A model generated the notes under the pieces. That model saw nothing but the letters and a program-made list of their open reading frames with translations, searched no databases and was not told the origin of the DNA. Of a stretch of DNA of 64,000 bases, positions 63,807 through 64,000 are shown piece by piece; position 1 is the stretch's first letter; each line of letters starts with the position of its first letter. Position numbers and translations under genes: made by a program. Source of the stretch: Candidatus Nanopelagicales bacterium (GTDB taxonomy: Bacteria; Actinomycetota; Actinomycetes; S36-B12). Where the stretch lies: positions 13,047 to 77,046 of the forward strand of contig JAFMHB010000003.1 in the NCBI GenBank assembly GCA_017854795.1, given 5' to 3'.

Positions 63807-64000
63807 TCATCGGATGATTTGTCCGGCGGGGAGAGCGAAATCGCTCACCTGCCAGTAACCGCCCGTAACCGTGATGGGTTCAAATAAGTACCACGGGTCA
63901 ATCTCACTGCGGGTGTTAAAACTGATCGATCCTTGGCCGGCCCACAACTTCACCGCTCCGTTGACATCACGTTGCAGGGTCTTGGGGTGTGCCACCATGA
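63807..64000 (-). CDS. ADC-superfamily protein, paralogue 3, C-terminal fragment (gene continues beyond window end)
   Basis: The C-terminal ...LWAGQGSISFNTRSEIDPWYLFEPITV...DFALPAG aligns by eye with the C-terminus of the 56795 paralogue (...GRGSVTFPSRSMTDPWHLFEAGKI...DFSLPLG). The frame is open to the window edge. Confidence 0.6.
   Translation of the reverse strand, partial: MVAHPKTLQRDVNGAVKLWAGQGSISFNTRSEIDPWYLFEPITVTGGYWQVSDFALPAGQIIR

Overview
This is a chromosomal, very gene-dense segment: about 60 CDS, many 4-bp ATGA/GTGA start-stop overlaps and several convergent 3' overlaps. It appears to come from a medium-GC actinobacterium. That lineage call is an inference from five things: an HspR-type HAIR operator in front of dnaK-grpE, a mycothiol-type MDMPI/DinB enzyme, a Mec-CysO-CysM-MoeZ cysteine pathway, a DprE1/DprE2/decaprenyl-phosphate phosphoribosyltransferase cluster, and a DevR/DevS-like two-component pair.

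Gene content in order:
- grpE (partial) and dnaK
- small membrane protein, then a membrane-anchored NERD/Excalibur protein
- GntR regulator and a DUF4287 protein
- Rv0338c-like membrane Fe-S reductase
- TetR, dcd, PAS-AraC, putA
- DUF2237 protein, tRNA-Gly(CCC), secreted FN3 protein, DUF6159-like membrane protein, an SDR
- dprE2, dprE1, the UbiA-type phosphoribosyltransferase and a membrane protein
- moeZ, cysM, cysO, mec
- acyl-CoA ligase and acyl-CoA dehydrogenase
- copC, copD/ctaG, a rhodanese, an L,D-transpeptidase-like protein
- nitrilase-family protein and MDMPI
- DevR/DevS-like pair
- EamA transporter, pat, ppk2
- SpoIIE phosphatase, a secreted glycoside hydrolase
- SDR plus class-III aminotransferase
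- two orphan ~75-aa genes, then mazG-like
- sbcC, sbcD, dnaB
- LMW-PTP and an MDR oxidoreductase
- a LIV-type ABC importer with an unusual all-in-one membrane/ATPase polypeptide
- an island rich in acetoacetate-decarboxylase-family and SDR genes that runs off the window end

I saw no rRNA, CRISPR array, transposase, integrase, phage structural gene or recognisable known defence system.

Best candidates for something undescribed:
1. The 1215-aa LivH-LivM-(unassigned ~295-aa polytopic insert)-LivG fusion.
2. The adjacent ADC/SDR/ADH/CMD/phosphatase island of unknown substrate.
3. A cluster of DnaA-box-like 9-mers around an AT-rich tract upstream of dnaB.
4. The tightly coupled orphan Cys-rich/HTH gene pair behind the most AT-rich tract in the window.

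None of these novelty claims can be established without database searches. Many start codons are ambiguous, and alternatives are given in the evidence fields.
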